In this document: in pieces, positions 27,217 to 36,868 of the stretch
How the letters are laid out: every line of letters begins with the position of its first letter
How positions within the stretch are numbered: the stretch's first letter is position 1
Source of the DNA: Bacteroidota bacterium
GTDB lineage: Bacteria; Bacteroidota; Bacteroidia; UKL13-3
Length of the DNA stretch: 64,000 nt
NCBI GenBank assembly: GCA_947459415.1
Contig: CANHDN010000002.1
Location: forward strand, 163-64,162
Reading direction: 5' to 3'
Made by a program: the position numbers and the translations under genes
Notes under the pieces: generated by a model
Seen by the model: only the letters and a program-made list of their open reading frames with translations
Databases searched by the model: none
What the model was told of the DNA's origin: nothing

Positions 27217-27702
27217 GTGAAGGTAACAGTATATACAGACGGCTCTGCGCGCGGAAACCCCGGGAATGGAGGATATGGTATTGTCTTGATAAGCGGGCAA
27301 CATAAAAAAGAAATGAGCGCGGGTTATAGGCTTACCACCAATAATAGAATGGAACTATTAGCTGTAATAGTGGCCATAGAATCTATGAAAATGCCCGACC
27401 TTGATATTACGATTTATACAGATAGTAAATATGTGTGCGAGGCAGTAGAAAAACGATGGGTATTTGGCTGGGCACAAAAAGGTTTTAAAGACAAAAAAAA
27501 TCCAGATTTATGGCGCAGATTCTTGGCCTTATACCCCAAACACAGCATTCAATTTAAATGGATTAAAGGCCATGCTGGTCACCCAATGAACGAGCGTTGC
27601 GATGTATTAGCAACAGCCGCAGCAGATGGTAACAATCTTCTTGTTGATGATTTTTATGAACAGGAAATTGAAAAAAATAAAAATCTCAACAAACTGATTT
27701 AA
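27217..27702 (+). CDS. rnhA: ribonuclease HI
   Basis: VTVYTDGSARGNPGNGGYG...TNNRMEL...IYTDSKYV...W.KGHAGHPMNERCDVLA is the canonical RNase H1 signature. The start codon is GTG. Confidence 0.9.
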   Translation: MKVTVYTDGSARGNPGNGGYGIVLISGQHKKEMSAGYRLTTNNRMELLAVIVAIESMKMPDLDITIYTDSKYVCEAVEKRWVFGWAQKGFKDKKNPDLWRRFLALYPKHSIQFKWIKGHAGHPMNERCDVLATAAADGNNLLVDDFYEQEIEKNKNLNKLI

Positions 27703-27775
27703 ATCAGATTTACCATCAGATTTAGGCTTTTGCGATCAAATAACTATATTCGTAATACCCTTTAAAGCCTGCAAC

Positions 27776-28615
27776 ATGATAAAAATATTGGTTCCAACCG
27801 ACTATTCCCCAGAGGCAAAAAATGCTACATTATATGCCTTTCAATTTGCTCAATATACAGGTGGCACACTATTACTTTATCATGCCATGCCTAACTTTAT
27901 TCCAATAACAGATATCCCTTTCGAAAATTATTATTTAGACGAAAAACAAGAACAAGATTTATTATTAAGTAGTTATAAAAAGTATATTCTTGAGAACCAT
28001 TTAAACCCTGATACGGTGCCTGTAGCGGCGGTAGTAGACCAACAAAATATCATACATGCAGGAATTGAAGATTGCTGTAAAAAACATCAATGCGATATCG
28101 TTATTATGGGAACCCACGGTGCGAGTGGCATAAAAAAATTTATTTTAGGGAGCAATACTTCTCAATGCGTAGCACATAGTTCTATGCCTATTATTGCAGT
28201 GCCAAGCAATTATCGGTTTGAACCCATTTACCACTTAGTATATGCCTCTGATTTAAAAAATTTAACGGAAGAATTAGGAATACTAATCCCATTTGCTGAG
28301 GTATTTCATGCAGCCTTAGAAATTTTATATTTTGATTATGCCGGACCAGATAGTGAGCAACTATTAATAAATGCAAAATCAACTATTTCTGCTTCAACTT
28401 ATAAAAACATTCAACTAAAAATTAAAAAAGGTCTGATATACTTATCTGTTGCTGAGAATCTGAAAATTCAGATTGAAACAAACAATACACAGCTCGTTAT
28501 CATGGTAAGTGGAGCGCAAAATTGGTTCGACAACTTACTCATTGGAAGCAACACGCAACAAATGGTTTTGGATACCAGTATACCTATTCTTGTGCTGCGC
28601 AAAGGAGAAGCTTAA
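27776..28615 (+). CDS. tandem universal stress protein (UspA family)
   Basis: The product contains two Usp domains, each with MGTHG/SG-type ATP-binding loops (IVIMGTHGASGIKKFILGSNT; LVIMVSGAQNWFDNLLIGSNT). Confidence 0.8.
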   Translation: MIKILVPTDYSPEAKNATLYAFQFAQYTGGTLLLYHAMPNFIPITDIPFENYYLDEKQEQDLLLSSYKKYILENHLNPDTVPVAAVVDQQNIIHAGIEDCCKKHQCDIVIMGTHGASGIKKFILGSNTSQCVAHSSMPIIAVPSNYRFEPIYHLVYASDLKNLTEELGILIPFAEVFHAALEILYFDYAGPDSEQLLINAKSTISASTYKNIQLKIKKGLIYLSVAENLKIQIETNNTQLVIMVSGAQNWFDNLLIGSNTQQMVLDTSIPILVLRKGEA

Positions 28616-28619
28616 CAGC

Positions 28620-29483
28620 TTAATTTCCTTGAATGAATTCAAGAATAGAGGCATTAACAATCTCTGCCGCCTCAATTTGGACAAAATGCCCGCATGCTGG
28701 CAACACTTTAGTACTGCAAGTTGGGATAATATTACGCACTCTTTCACATAACATTTCTGGCGAATCTGTTTTATGTACAAACTTATTAGGAATAAACTCA
28801 TCTTCTTTCCCAAACAAAATAAGTGTTTCTTGTTTTAAGTATTTTAGATCAGAAAAAACTTGCTCTAAGAGCATAGATTCCATGTTTTTCTTAATCATGT
28901 TTTGCCAATAATTAGGGGTATCAGCCTCCATGAATTGCATTAAATCTGAGCGTATTTGTTCAGCATCTTTGCCTACAGTAGCATAATAGCTTTTTTTGAT
29001 GGCAAGCTCCAAACCACCTGCATTGCCATAAAATAAACTACCGAGATGAAGAACACCCTTCAACACTGTTTTCTCCATTTCAGTGAAATATTCTAATCCA
29101 CTGCTTCCTAACAATACTAGTTTATGAATTAACTGAGTATGATTCAATGCGGCTAATAAGGAAACATGCCCGCCCATGCTGTGGCCTATCAAAACAACAT
29201 TACTCAATTCCATTTGCTGTATAAAACGAACGATGCTTTCTGCATAAAATGTCATGGTAAAGGGATATTCACCGCGAGAGGAAAGCCCATTCCCTGGTAA
29301 ATCTATTGCTACGCAACGTGCATGTTCTTTAAGCACATTTATGTTATGCTTAAAAACAGGAATATAATTCCCTAACCCATGCACAAACAATAGGGTGCTT
29401 GCACCTTTACCCTCATCGCAATAGGCAATTTGTATGCTTGTATCAATATCGCAATATTGAACATTAAATGGGTAATTGATCAT
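28620..29483 (-). CDS. alpha/beta hydrolase
   Basis: The oxyanion region is LLFVHGLGN, the nucleophile elbow is GHSMGG, and the C-terminal His lies in ACGHFV. Confidence 0.8.
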   Translation of the reverse strand: MINYPFNVQYCDIDTSIQIAYCDEGKGASTLLFVHGLGNYIPVFKHNINVLKEHARCVAIDLPGNGLSSRGEYPFTMTFYAESIVRFIQQMELSNVVLIGHSMGGHVSLLAALNHTQLIHKLVLLGSSGLEYFTEMEKTVLKGVLHLGSLFYGNAGGLELAIKKSYYATVGKDAEQIRSDLMQFMEADTPNYWQNMIKKNMESMLLEQVFSDLKYLKQETLILFGKEDEFIPNKFVHKTDSPEMLCERVRNIIPTCSTKVLPACGHFVQIEAAEIVNASILEFIQGN

Positions 29484-29528
29484 ATGTAGTGCGAGTATAA
29501 AGTTTATATTTGAAGAAAATTTAATGAA

Positions 29529-30479
29529 GTGATAAAAAAGATTTTGATTTTGAGATTTAGCTCAATTGGCGATATTGTTTTAACTACGCCAGTGCTGCGT
29601 TGTTTAAAAAAACAACTACCTGATTGCTGCATTCATTATTTAACAAAATCTTCTTTTGCTAATATTGTAGCAAATAACCCATATATAGATCAGGTGCATG
29701 TACTCGATAAAAATCCTTTTCAAAAAGGGCTAGCATTGCGAGAAGAAAACTTTGATTTAATTATTGATTTACACCACAATTTACGCACCCTAATCATTAA
29801 AAAAACCTTGGGAGTAAAATCATACTCATTCCCTAAGTTAAACATAGAGAAATTCTTATTGGTTCATTTTAAAATAAATAAGCTTCCTAATAAACACATT
29901 GTAGACAGATATCTGAGTACCGTAAAGAGCTTGGGAATAGAAAATGATGGAGAAGGATTAGACTTTTTTATACCAGCAACAGAAAGGGTAGATCAATGGA
30001 ATGGGTTCAAACCGACTGAAGAAAAATATTATACCTGGGCAATAGGAGCTCAGCATTTTACGAAAAGACTACCTAATCATAAGATCATTGAGAAAGCACA
30101 GAAACTAAATCATAAAATTGTATTATTAGGAGGGAAAGAGGATCGAGCAAACGGAGAAATAATAGCGCAGGCACTAGGAGACCAATGCCTTAATTTATGC
30201 GGACAATTAACCTTAAATCAATCTGCATCCTTTATTGCTCAAAGCATGCAATTATTTACGAATGATACTGGCTTAATGCACATTGCAGCTGCACTCAGAA
30301 TACCTATTGTTTCTTTTTGGGGAAACACAATCCCCGCATTTGGGATGACACCTTATTATGGTAAGCATATCATTGAGCATACCCTGATACAAAACTCAGA
30401 AATTTCTTGCAGGCCATGCAGTAAAATTGGGCATCATGCTTGCCCAAAGAAACATTTTAATTGCATGGAAACGCTGTAG
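29529..30479 (+). CDS. glycosyltransferase family 9 (heptosyltransferase-like)
   Basis: ILILRFSSIGDIVLTTPV, VLLGGKEDR, FTNDTGLMHIAAAL and a C-terminal Cys cluster (CRPCSKIGHHACP) are present. The start codon is GTG. Confidence 0.8.
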   Translation: MIKKILILRFSSIGDIVLTTPVLRCLKKQLPDCCIHYLTKSSFANIVANNPYIDQVHVLDKNPFQKGLALREENFDLIIDLHHNLRTLIIKKTLGVKSYSFPKLNIEKFLLVHFKINKLPNKHIVDRYLSTVKSLGIENDGEGLDFFIPATERVDQWNGFKPTEEKYYTWAIGAQHFTKRLPNHKIIEKAQKLNHKIVLLGGKEDRANGEIIAQALGDQCLNLCGQLTLNQSASFIAQSMQLFTNDTGLMHIAAALRIPIVSFWGNTIPAFGMTPYYGKHIIEHTLIQNSEISCRPCSKIGHHACPKKHFNCMETL

Positions 30480-31682
30480 TTAATCTACATAATCTTGCAA
30501 ATAGGCATACTTAGGCATTAGCTTTCCTTGCGCAGCAATGGTAGCATTAGCAATAATCTGCTCACTATCTTCTTCTAATAAACAAGGCAATACATGCCTT
30601 ACTAACTGCTCTCCAAAAGACAGGCTGGCATCATATGGCAATTCACAAGGCAAATTAGCAACAGCTTGCACATCAATTACATTTGGCAAAAACGGGCTTA
30701 CCTCTTTTTCTGTAAATACATTGTACCCATAAAAGGGAAGTTCAATGGTTGAACTTCTGATGGTACTGGGTACCGGCCCAGGAATATCACATGAAATATC
30801 AGAAATAATCTTAATTCTAAAGGCGCTATCCTTCATTTCTTCATGGGTAAAAAATGGTTCAATCCCTTGATGCCAAAACACTGCATTTATAAACACATCG
30901 GCCTTGTGTGTGTAAGGCTTAAAACAACTTTTATAATCTTCAGGGTGTTTGTAAAAATCTGCTTTATCCCATGGCTTCCCATCTTTTCTTTCATAATAAT
31001 CTTCGCTGCGCAATTGAACAAAAACGGGTTTATTATGATTCTCTTCTAAGAATTCTTGCCTACTCACCTCCAAGATTTTAAGTTTTCGCAAAAACTCCAT
31101 ACACCCATGTGCTACGCGTCCATCGCCGCATATAACAATGCGAACGGGAGGAATTTGTAAGTTTTGATATTGCGCTAATAATGCCTCATAATTATCTGTT
31201 TTGGCAGCTGGAATTAATGAATAATACCCATACTTTTTACCCAACATGAGCAATGCATAATGTGCACCCACTATACCGGCAAATCTACCAAAACCAATAA
31301 TTCGATTACCAGCTTCCCAAGTTAAAGTTTCATAATCTATCAGACGTATTTTTTTTGCTAAAATGGCTCGTAACAAACCTTTATTGTGTGCCTGTTTTTT
31401 AATCGTATGCGAGAAAAATAAATAGGTTTTACCTGGCAATAAATCTGCTTCTGGAACCTCTTTCACTCCTAATAAGATATTACATTCGCTTAAATCTTCT
31501 TGTACAGAAATTCCTGCTGCTTCATAGGCTAAATCGCTAAAGCATCTGAAAGAAGAGGGCTGAACCAATATCTTTATTCCGGGAAAATATTTTAACAACT
31601 CTACACAGTGCTGCGGACTCAAGGGTGTTCTTAAATCTGCAGGTTTCTTACCCTCTCTTATTATTCCGATAGTTGTATTCAT
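30480..31682 (-). CDS. alanine dehydrogenase/PNT-family oxidoreductase resembling lysine-ketoglutarate reductase (saccharopine dehydrogenase, L-lysine-forming)
   Basis: IGIIREGKKPADLRTPLSP...KILVQPS...GVKEVP...GKTYLFFSHTIKKQAHNKGLLRAILAKKIRLIDYE closely follows the pattern I recall for the LKR domain of AASS-type enzymes. Confidence 0.6.
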   Translation of the reverse strand: MNTTIGIIREGKKPADLRTPLSPQHCVELLKYFPGIKILVQPSSFRCFSDLAYEAAGISVQEDLSECNILLGVKEVPEADLLPGKTYLFFSHTIKKQAHNKGLLRAILAKKIRLIDYETLTWEAGNRIIGFGRFAGIVGAHYALLMLGKKYGYYSLIPAAKTDNYEALLAQYQNLQIPPVRIVICGDGRVAHGCMEFLRKLKILEVSRQEFLEENHNKPVFVQLRSEDYYERKDGKPWDKADFYKHPEDYKSCFKPYTHKADVFINAVFWHQGIEPFFTHEEMKDSAFRIKIISDISCDIPGPVPSTIRSSTIELPFYGYNVFTEKEVSPFLPNVIDVQAVANLPCELPYDASLSFGEQLVRHVLPCLLEEDSEQIIANATIAAQGKLMPKYAYLQDYVD

Positions 31683-31717
31683 ATGACTGATAAATAATGA
31701 AAATATGAGTGTAAAAA

Positions 31718-33664
31718 TTAATGTAAAACCACCGCACCAATTTTCTTAGAAAGCTCCTGCTGTTTTTCCTTTAATAATTTGTATACCTCCATATTCAGGT
31801 TTAAATCTTCTTCTTTTTTATTTTCTTGAGCTTCTTTTAACTCTTGCTGAACTTGGCCTAATAATTTATGCAAATGTTGTTTCTCTAAATATAATAATGC
31901 TGATCCAATATCATTCATAAACATCTCATTTGGGTCGTCCATGATAATATCAAATTTGGCAACCCAACGGTCACTCATTTCATGCATAACAACCAGCAAA
32001 CCGGCAGTTGCACTTGAAATAATTGGATTAGCATGCTGAATAAAAGTATCTGTATCAAAAGAAATATTTTGAAGCGTTAATTGTTTAAATTCATTTAAAA
32101 ACAAACGCATGATTTCATGCTCAAACTGCACTTCGTCTGCATCAATTTTATGCAATATAAATGCTGCAACATGGGCATATCCTTCGCATGGTTTATGACC
32201 ATGTTGCAAGAGTAATTTTATAATATAATGCTCCTGTTCAAAACGAGGAGAATCGACCAAAATTTGAGCTAATTCTTCTGCATGGGGTATGGTCTTTGGC
32301 TCAGCAGAAATCCATTCTTTTTCTTTTTGAGTTAAAAAGCCTTTTCTACTTTTATTGAGTTCCACAATGAGCAATTGCTCATTCATCTCTAACATGGCTG
32401 CACATTCTCTAATAAAGGCCATGCGCTTAATTCCATCAGGAATTTTACTGATACTTTCTACAATATCTCTGGTAACTTGTGCCTTCTTTAATGGATCATG
32501 TGCAGCATCTTGCAATAATAATTTTACCTTAAATAAAATAAAATCACGCGCTTCTTGCTGCAAAAATTCTTGAAATTGGACCGACCCTACCTTTTTGGCG
32601 TAACTATCTGGATCTTCTCCATCTGGAAACAAGAGAACTTTTACGTTCATCCCTTGCTCCAATAGCATATCAATTCCTCGTAAACTTGCTTTTATTCCTG
32701 CAGCATCTCCATCGTAAAGCACCGTTACATTGTCTGTATGTCTTTTTAATAAACTTATCTGATTTTCTGTAAGCGAGGTTCCACTAGAGGCTACCACATT
32801 TTCTACACCTGCTTGGTGCATAGAGATCACATCTGTATAACCTTCTACCAAGTATACAAAATCGTTTTGTCTGATGGCATTCTTAGCAAAAAACAAACCA
32901 TATAATTCATTACTCTTATGGTATAATAATGTTTCTGGCGAGTTTACATATTTAGCGCTTTTATCGTCTTTTTTAAGCTGTCTTCCGGCAAATGCAATTA
33001 CCTTCCCCAAAGAATTATGGATAACAAACATCACTCTTCCACGATAGGCATCATACAATTTCCCTGCGTCATTTTGCTTGGCCAAACCGCCTTTCAGCAA
33101 TAAATCTGTATTAAATTGTTGTTGGGTTGCCGCCTGGTTAAAATGATCCCAACTATCGTGGCTATATCCTAATTTAAATTTCTTAATAATATCTTCTCTA
33201 AAACCACGCTCCTCAAAATAAGAAAGGCCAATATTTTTTCCTTCCTCGCTTTCCCAAAGCTGTTCCTGAAAATAATTTGCTGCCCAATTATTGAGTATTT
33301 GGAGACTCTCTTTTTCTGAACGCAAGGCGCGTTCTTGGTCTATGTTAATATTTTCTTGCTGAGGCCAATCAATGCGGTACCTATCTGCCAAACTTCTTAG
33401 GGCTTCAATATACCCTAGGCTATCATGTTCCATGATAAAATTAACAGAATTACCAGCCTTGCCACATCCAAAACATTTGTATATACCTTTAGCTGGAGAA
33501 ACTGAAAATGAAGGGGTCTTTTCATTGTGAAAAGGACACAAGCCTGTTAGATTAGCACCGCGCTTTTTTAGGCGCACGTAATCTCCAACAACCTCTTCAA
33601 TATTGGCTGCATGAATAATTTCGTCAATTTTGCTTTGTGGTATCAAATCTTGCCGAAGGTACAA
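31718..33664 (-). CDS. dnaG: DNA primase
   Basis: The product has a zinc ribbon (CPFHNEKTPSFSVSP...CFGCG), a TOPRIM domain (YLVEGYTDV...YDGDAAG) and a C-terminal helicase-interaction region. The start codon is TTG as given by the track. Confidence 0.9.
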   Translation of the reverse strand: MYLRQDLIPQSKIDEIIHAANIEEVVGDYVRLKKRGANLTGLCPFHNEKTPSFSVSPAKGIYKCFGCGKAGNSVNFIMEHDSLGYIEALRSLADRYRIDWPQQENINIDQERALRSEKESLQILNNWAANYFQEQLWESEEGKNIGLSYFEERGFREDIIKKFKLGYSHDSWDHFNQAATQQQFNTDLLLKGGLAKQNDAGKLYDAYRGRVMFVIHNSLGKVIAFAGRQLKKDDKSAKYVNSPETLLYHKSNELYGLFFAKNAIRQNDFVYLVEGYTDVISMHQAGVENVVASSGTSLTENQISLLKRHTDNVTVLYDGDAAGIKASLRGIDMLLEQGMNVKVLLFPDGEDPDSYAKKVGSVQFQEFLQQEARDFILFKVKLLLQDAAHDPLKKAQVTRDIVESISKIPDGIKRMAFIRECAAMLEMNEQLLIVELNKSRKGFLTQKEKEWISAEPKTIPHAEELAQILVDSPRFEQEHYIIKLLLQHGHKPCEGYAHVAAFILHKIDADEVQFEHEIMRLFLNEFKQLTLQNISFDTDTFIQHANPIISSATAGLLVVMHEMSDRWVAKFDIIMDDPNEMFMNDIGSALLYLEKQHLHKLLGQVQQELKEAQENKKEEDLNLNMEVYKLLKEKQQELSKKIGAVVLH

Positions 33665-33752
33665 ATAAAAGTTTTTATTTAAAAGCTAAAACAAGCATTA
33701 GGTTGATTCCAAAAAATAAATAAATAAGATTCTTTTTTGTCATCATAAAATT

Positions 33753-33791
33753 AAAAAAAACCGCTCTAATATTGAAATTTGAGCGGTTTTT
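33753..33791 (-). terminator. rho-independent terminator downstream of tRNA-Arg (bidirectional shape)
   Basis: The sequence is A8-CCGCTC-(14 nt)-GAGCGG-T5. On the minus strand the hairpin is followed by T8. Confidence 0.65.
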
Positions 33792-33804
33792 AGAATTTAG
33801 GTAG

Positions 33805-33878
33805 TAGTCCCTGAAGGACTCGAACCTTCGACCTACGGTTTAGAAAACCGTTGCTCTATCCAGCTGAGCTAAGGAACC
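33805..33878 (-). tRNA. tRNA-Arg (anticodon TCT)
   Basis: The minus strand reads GGTTCCTTAGCTCAGCTGGATAGAGCAACGGTTTTCTAAACCGTAGGTCGAAGGTTCGAGTCCTTCAGGGACTA. I folded the cloverleaf by hand: D arm GCTC/GAGC, anticodon stem ACGGT/ACCGT with loop TTTCTAA, T arm GAAGG/CCTTC with TTCGAGT. The acceptor stem has two G-U pairs, and CCA is not encoded. Confidence 0.85.
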
Positions 33879-34278
33879 ATGTTATTTAATGGTTTGCAAA
33901 AGTATGACTTCTCATTTTAAATTCAAAATACAATTTGAAATTATGTTCTTTTTTGTTGCTGAGACAATCGCAAACCTTTCTATTGAAAGTTCCTAATTAA
34001 TTTCCCAATAAAAACAATCCCATTTCCTTCAAAAAAGAATCATACTTAAAACAAATTCTTATATCCAGTATGGTTTGATTTCCAAGAAACATTCATATTG
34101 CCGCGGTTTCACCTATGAAACGAAACTTCTACCCCGTTGTTTCTTAACTATTCCCGGCTGTTGTTGCTTTGATATGTGTTGCAGCAACAGCCAAAAGGGA
34201 ATTATTGAACCAAACAGCCATTCATTATCGATGCTTTACCTTTGTATATTCTTGGTAAAAAATACTACATTCGCTGCA

Positions 34279-35412
34279 ATGAAAGTTGCATTAATTACAG
34301 GTATAACCGGACAAGATGGCGCATATTTAGCAGAATTCTTGTTAAAAAAAGGGTACATGGTGCACGGAATTAAGCGCCGTAGCTCACTATTTAATACAGA
34401 TAGAATAGATCATTTATATCAAGATCCGCATGAGAAAAATGTAAACCTTAAGTTGCACTATGGAGATTTAACCGATAGTACTAATCTTATTAGAATTATC
34501 CAAGAGACGCAACCAGATGAAATATATAACTTGGCTGCCATGAGTCATGTGCATGTAAGTTTTGAAACTCCAGAATATACCGCTAACGCAGATGGAATTG
34601 GAACTTTGAGAATTTTGGAAGCCATTCGCTTGCTAGGATTGAGCCATAAAACGAAGATATACCAAGCATCTACTTCAGAGTTATATGGTTTGGTTCAGGC
34701 CGTTCCGCAAAGTGAAACAACCCCATTTTATCCTCGCTCTCCCTATGCAGTTGCTAAGTTATACGGCTATTGGATTACAGTAAACTACCGCGAAGCATAT
34801 GGTATGTACGCATGTAACGGAATCTTATTTAACCACGAATCACCCATACGTGGGGAAACTTTTGTTACTCGAAAAATAACCAGAGCAGCCTCCAAAATTG
34901 CTTTAGGATTACAAGAAAAACTATTCTTAGGCAACCTAAATGCTCAAAGAGACTGGGGTCATGCAAAAGACTACGTAGAAGCTATGTGGCTTATCTTGCA
35001 GCAAGAGAAAGCTGAAGATTTTGTCATTGCAACAGGCCATACAACCTATGTGCGCGATTTTGTAAAAATGGCTTTTGCAGAAGTTGGCATCAATCTGCGT
35101 TTTGAAGGAAATGAGGCAGAAGAAAAAGGAATCATTGACAGCTTTAATGAAGAAAAAATTAAATCACTTAATTTATCAATCAAGCTAAATATTGGAGATG
35201 AGGTAGTAGCCGTTGACCCAAGGTATTACAGGCCAACTGAGGTAGATTTACTCATTGGAGACCCAAGTAAAGCCAATAATAAACTTGGTTGGATACCAAA
35301 ATATGATGTAAACATGCTGGTTGCAGATATGATGCAATCAGATTTAGAATTAATGAAAAAGGATAAATTTCTGAAAGACTCTGGGCATGCCATAATGAGG
35401 TATTTTGAATAG
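34279..35412 (+). CDS. gmd: GDP-mannose 4,6-dehydratase
   Basis: From [26 protein letters not shown], with ...SHVHVSF...ASTSELYG...SPYAVAKLY...NHESP.RGE.FVTRK, the sequence is canonical Gmd of 377 aa. The 68-codon upstream extension in the track is rejected. Confidence 0.9.
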   Translation: MKVALITGITGQDGAYLAEFLLKKGYMVHGIKRRSSLFNTDRIDHLYQDPHEKNVNLKLHYGDLTDSTNLIRIIQETQPDEIYNLAAMSHVHVSFETPEYTANADGIGTLRILEAIRLLGLSHKTKIYQASTSELYGLVQAVPQSETTPFYPRSPYAVAKLYGYWITVNYREAYGMYACNGILFNHESPIRGETFVTRKITRAASKIALGLQEKLFLGNLNAQRDWGHAKDYVEAMWLILQQEKAEDFVIATGHTTYVRDFVKMAFAEVGINLRFEGNEAEEKGIIDSFNEEKIKSLNLSIKLNIGDEVVAVDPRYYRPTEVDLLIGDPSKANNKLGWIPKYDVNMLVADMMQSDLELMKKDKFLKDSGHAIMRYFE

Positions 35413-35445
35413 TAAAACTGTTCAAAATACCTCAACTTCATTTTC

Positions 35446-36201
35446 CTATTTTTCTTTAGAAGATTTTTTCTTCAAATAGGTGCCTGTTTCATCCTCTTCT
35501 GCTGCCAGATTAGTGCTGCTTGGGTTAGCACAAAAAATAAGGGATGCATTTATTAACCCATGTGCAAATGCCCAAGCAATTAATTGCTGACTATTCTTTA
35601 AATTGAGTGCTTTTAATATATAGCCCCTATATTTCTCTATACTAGACGTTTCATACCCCAATGCCTCAGCAATAAATTGAGAATTTTCTCCTTGACTAAT
35701 ATAGCGTATGATTTTTTTCTCAAGCGGACTTAAATAACTCATCCAATAAGAGTCATCTTTTGAATGAATAAATCCGATGCGGGTAAGTTCTGACCAAGCT
35801 TGTATTTGATTGGCATCGTCATACGTCATTCTACCTTCCAAAATTCTAGGCAGAATTGCATGTATTACCTCCCCAGATTTTTGACAGTAATTTTGAGACC
35901 CCATACTCATCAATTCTTTCATTACGCTGGCATAGTAGCCATGAGAAACCAATAAGTGTTTAAATTGTGATTTTTTTGCAATGATGTTTCTGCAAGTTTC
36001 AATACCATTCAATTGAGGCAAACGATAATCAATAACTACCGCATCAAAGTCAATATCATGCTCATTAATGTGGTTAATAAAATCTACGCCAGTCATAAAA
36101 GTATGAATAACTTCAATTTGACCCCTTCGTGAAAATTCATTCATTAGCGTTGTCATGTCTGTGGGATTGTCTTCTACCAATGCAATTCGGATTGTTTTCA
36201 T
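35446..36201 (-). CDS. response regulator with LuxR/FixJ-type HTH output (orphan: no kinase in window)
   Basis: The REC domain has IALVEDN and the phospho-acceptor context AVVIDYRLPQLNG. A C-terminal LuxR HTH follows (LSPLEKKIIRYISQGENSQFIAEALGYETSSIEKYRGYILKALN), then an acidic/basic tail. Confidence 0.8.
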   Translation of the reverse strand: MKTIRIALVEDNPTDMTTLMNEFSRRGQIEVIHTFMTGVDFINHINEHDIDFDAVVIDYRLPQLNGIETCRNIIAKKSQFKHLLVSHGYYASVMKELMSMGSQNYCQKSGEVIHAILPRILEGRMTYDDANQIQAWSELTRIGFIHSKDDSYWMSYLSPLEKKIIRYISQGENSQFIAEALGYETSSIEKYRGYILKALNLKNSQQLIAWAFAHGLINASLIFCANPSSTNLAAEEDETGTYLKKKSSKEK

Positions 36202-36454
36202 AGTTTAAATTTTAGGTTAAAAATATTTCAGTTTTATAGGTTAATTTATAAAAACAATGTTAAAAGTTTGTAATGAAAATAAAAAGAAAACAACATATAA
36301 TTAAAAAGATTTATCCGGTTTCTAGGATTTTCAAACCCTTTAATTTAAGATCCTTATAAATATAATTTATGTATGCCTCTTTTGAGTGATGCTGGTATCC
36401 TTAAAAATAGAGATGTAAAAATTTGATTATTTTTCCTTTACTTCACAACATTGT

Positions 36455-36865
36455 ATGAAATGGATAAATAGATATTTTTGGCTTGTTTTTGTTGTGCTAG
36501 TCATTCTAATTTTTGGCTCACAGAATATGAACTGGCTAATGGGAAAAAATATGCCATGCCCGGTTTATGTATTCAATGAGAATTGTATCACCTTTGAAGC
36601 ATTTATCTTGAATAAGCTAATTCGCTTAATACTCAATTTGATATTATTATGGATTGTTCAATATCATTTTTTCTCAATTGCTATCACCAAGATACTACCC
36701 TTATTTGGCTGCATCATTTTTTTAGCTGCCATTGATGTATTCTTTTTACAATCTCAAGCCTTTTTGAGTTACCGAATACATCAATTGATTCATCCAATTG
36801 CATTTAGTCCGCTTTTGGCAATTGTTTTGGCATCTATAGCTATGGTAAAACCATCCATAAAATAG
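36455..36865 (+). CDS. small four-helix membrane protein, possibly the exosortase F system-associated protein
   Basis: The 136-aa product has about 4 TM helices. Its size, topology and short motifs (P-x-PVY near the first loop, YRIHQLIHP before the last helix) resemble what I remember of the XrtF-associated family. This has not been verified. Confidence 0.4.
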   Translation: MKWINRYFWLVFVVLVILIFGSQNMNWLMGKNMPCPVYVFNENCITFEAFILNKLIRLILNLILLWIVQYHFFSIAITKILPLFGCIIFLAAIDVFFLQSQAFLSYRIHQLIHPIAFSPLLAIVLASIAMVKPSIK

Positions 36866-36868
36866 CCC

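Noticed and set aside
27694-27707. A perfect 14-nt palindrome, CTGATTTAAATCAG, spans the rnhA stop codon.
   Set aside because: It is AT-rich, has essentially no loop and lacks a following T-run, so it is not convincing as a terminator. It could be chance in AT-rich sequence.
34075-34278. The track gives gmd a 68-codon N-terminal extension containing a Cys-rich stretch ([12 protein letters not shown]).
   Set aside because: The extension starts at a TTG and precedes the universally conserved Gmd N-terminus [14 protein letters not shown], which has its own ATG at 34279. It also spans a strong RNA-type hairpin and a -7-like promoter box. It is most likely non-coding.
33665-34278. I considered whether tRNA-Arg (and tRNA-Leu at 53571-53652) marks an integrated genomic island.
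   Set aside because: There is no integrase, excisionase, phage or transposase gene next to either tRNA. I could find no direct repeat of the tRNA 3' end nearby, and the flanking genes are core housekeeping (dnaG, gmd, spoT, tig).
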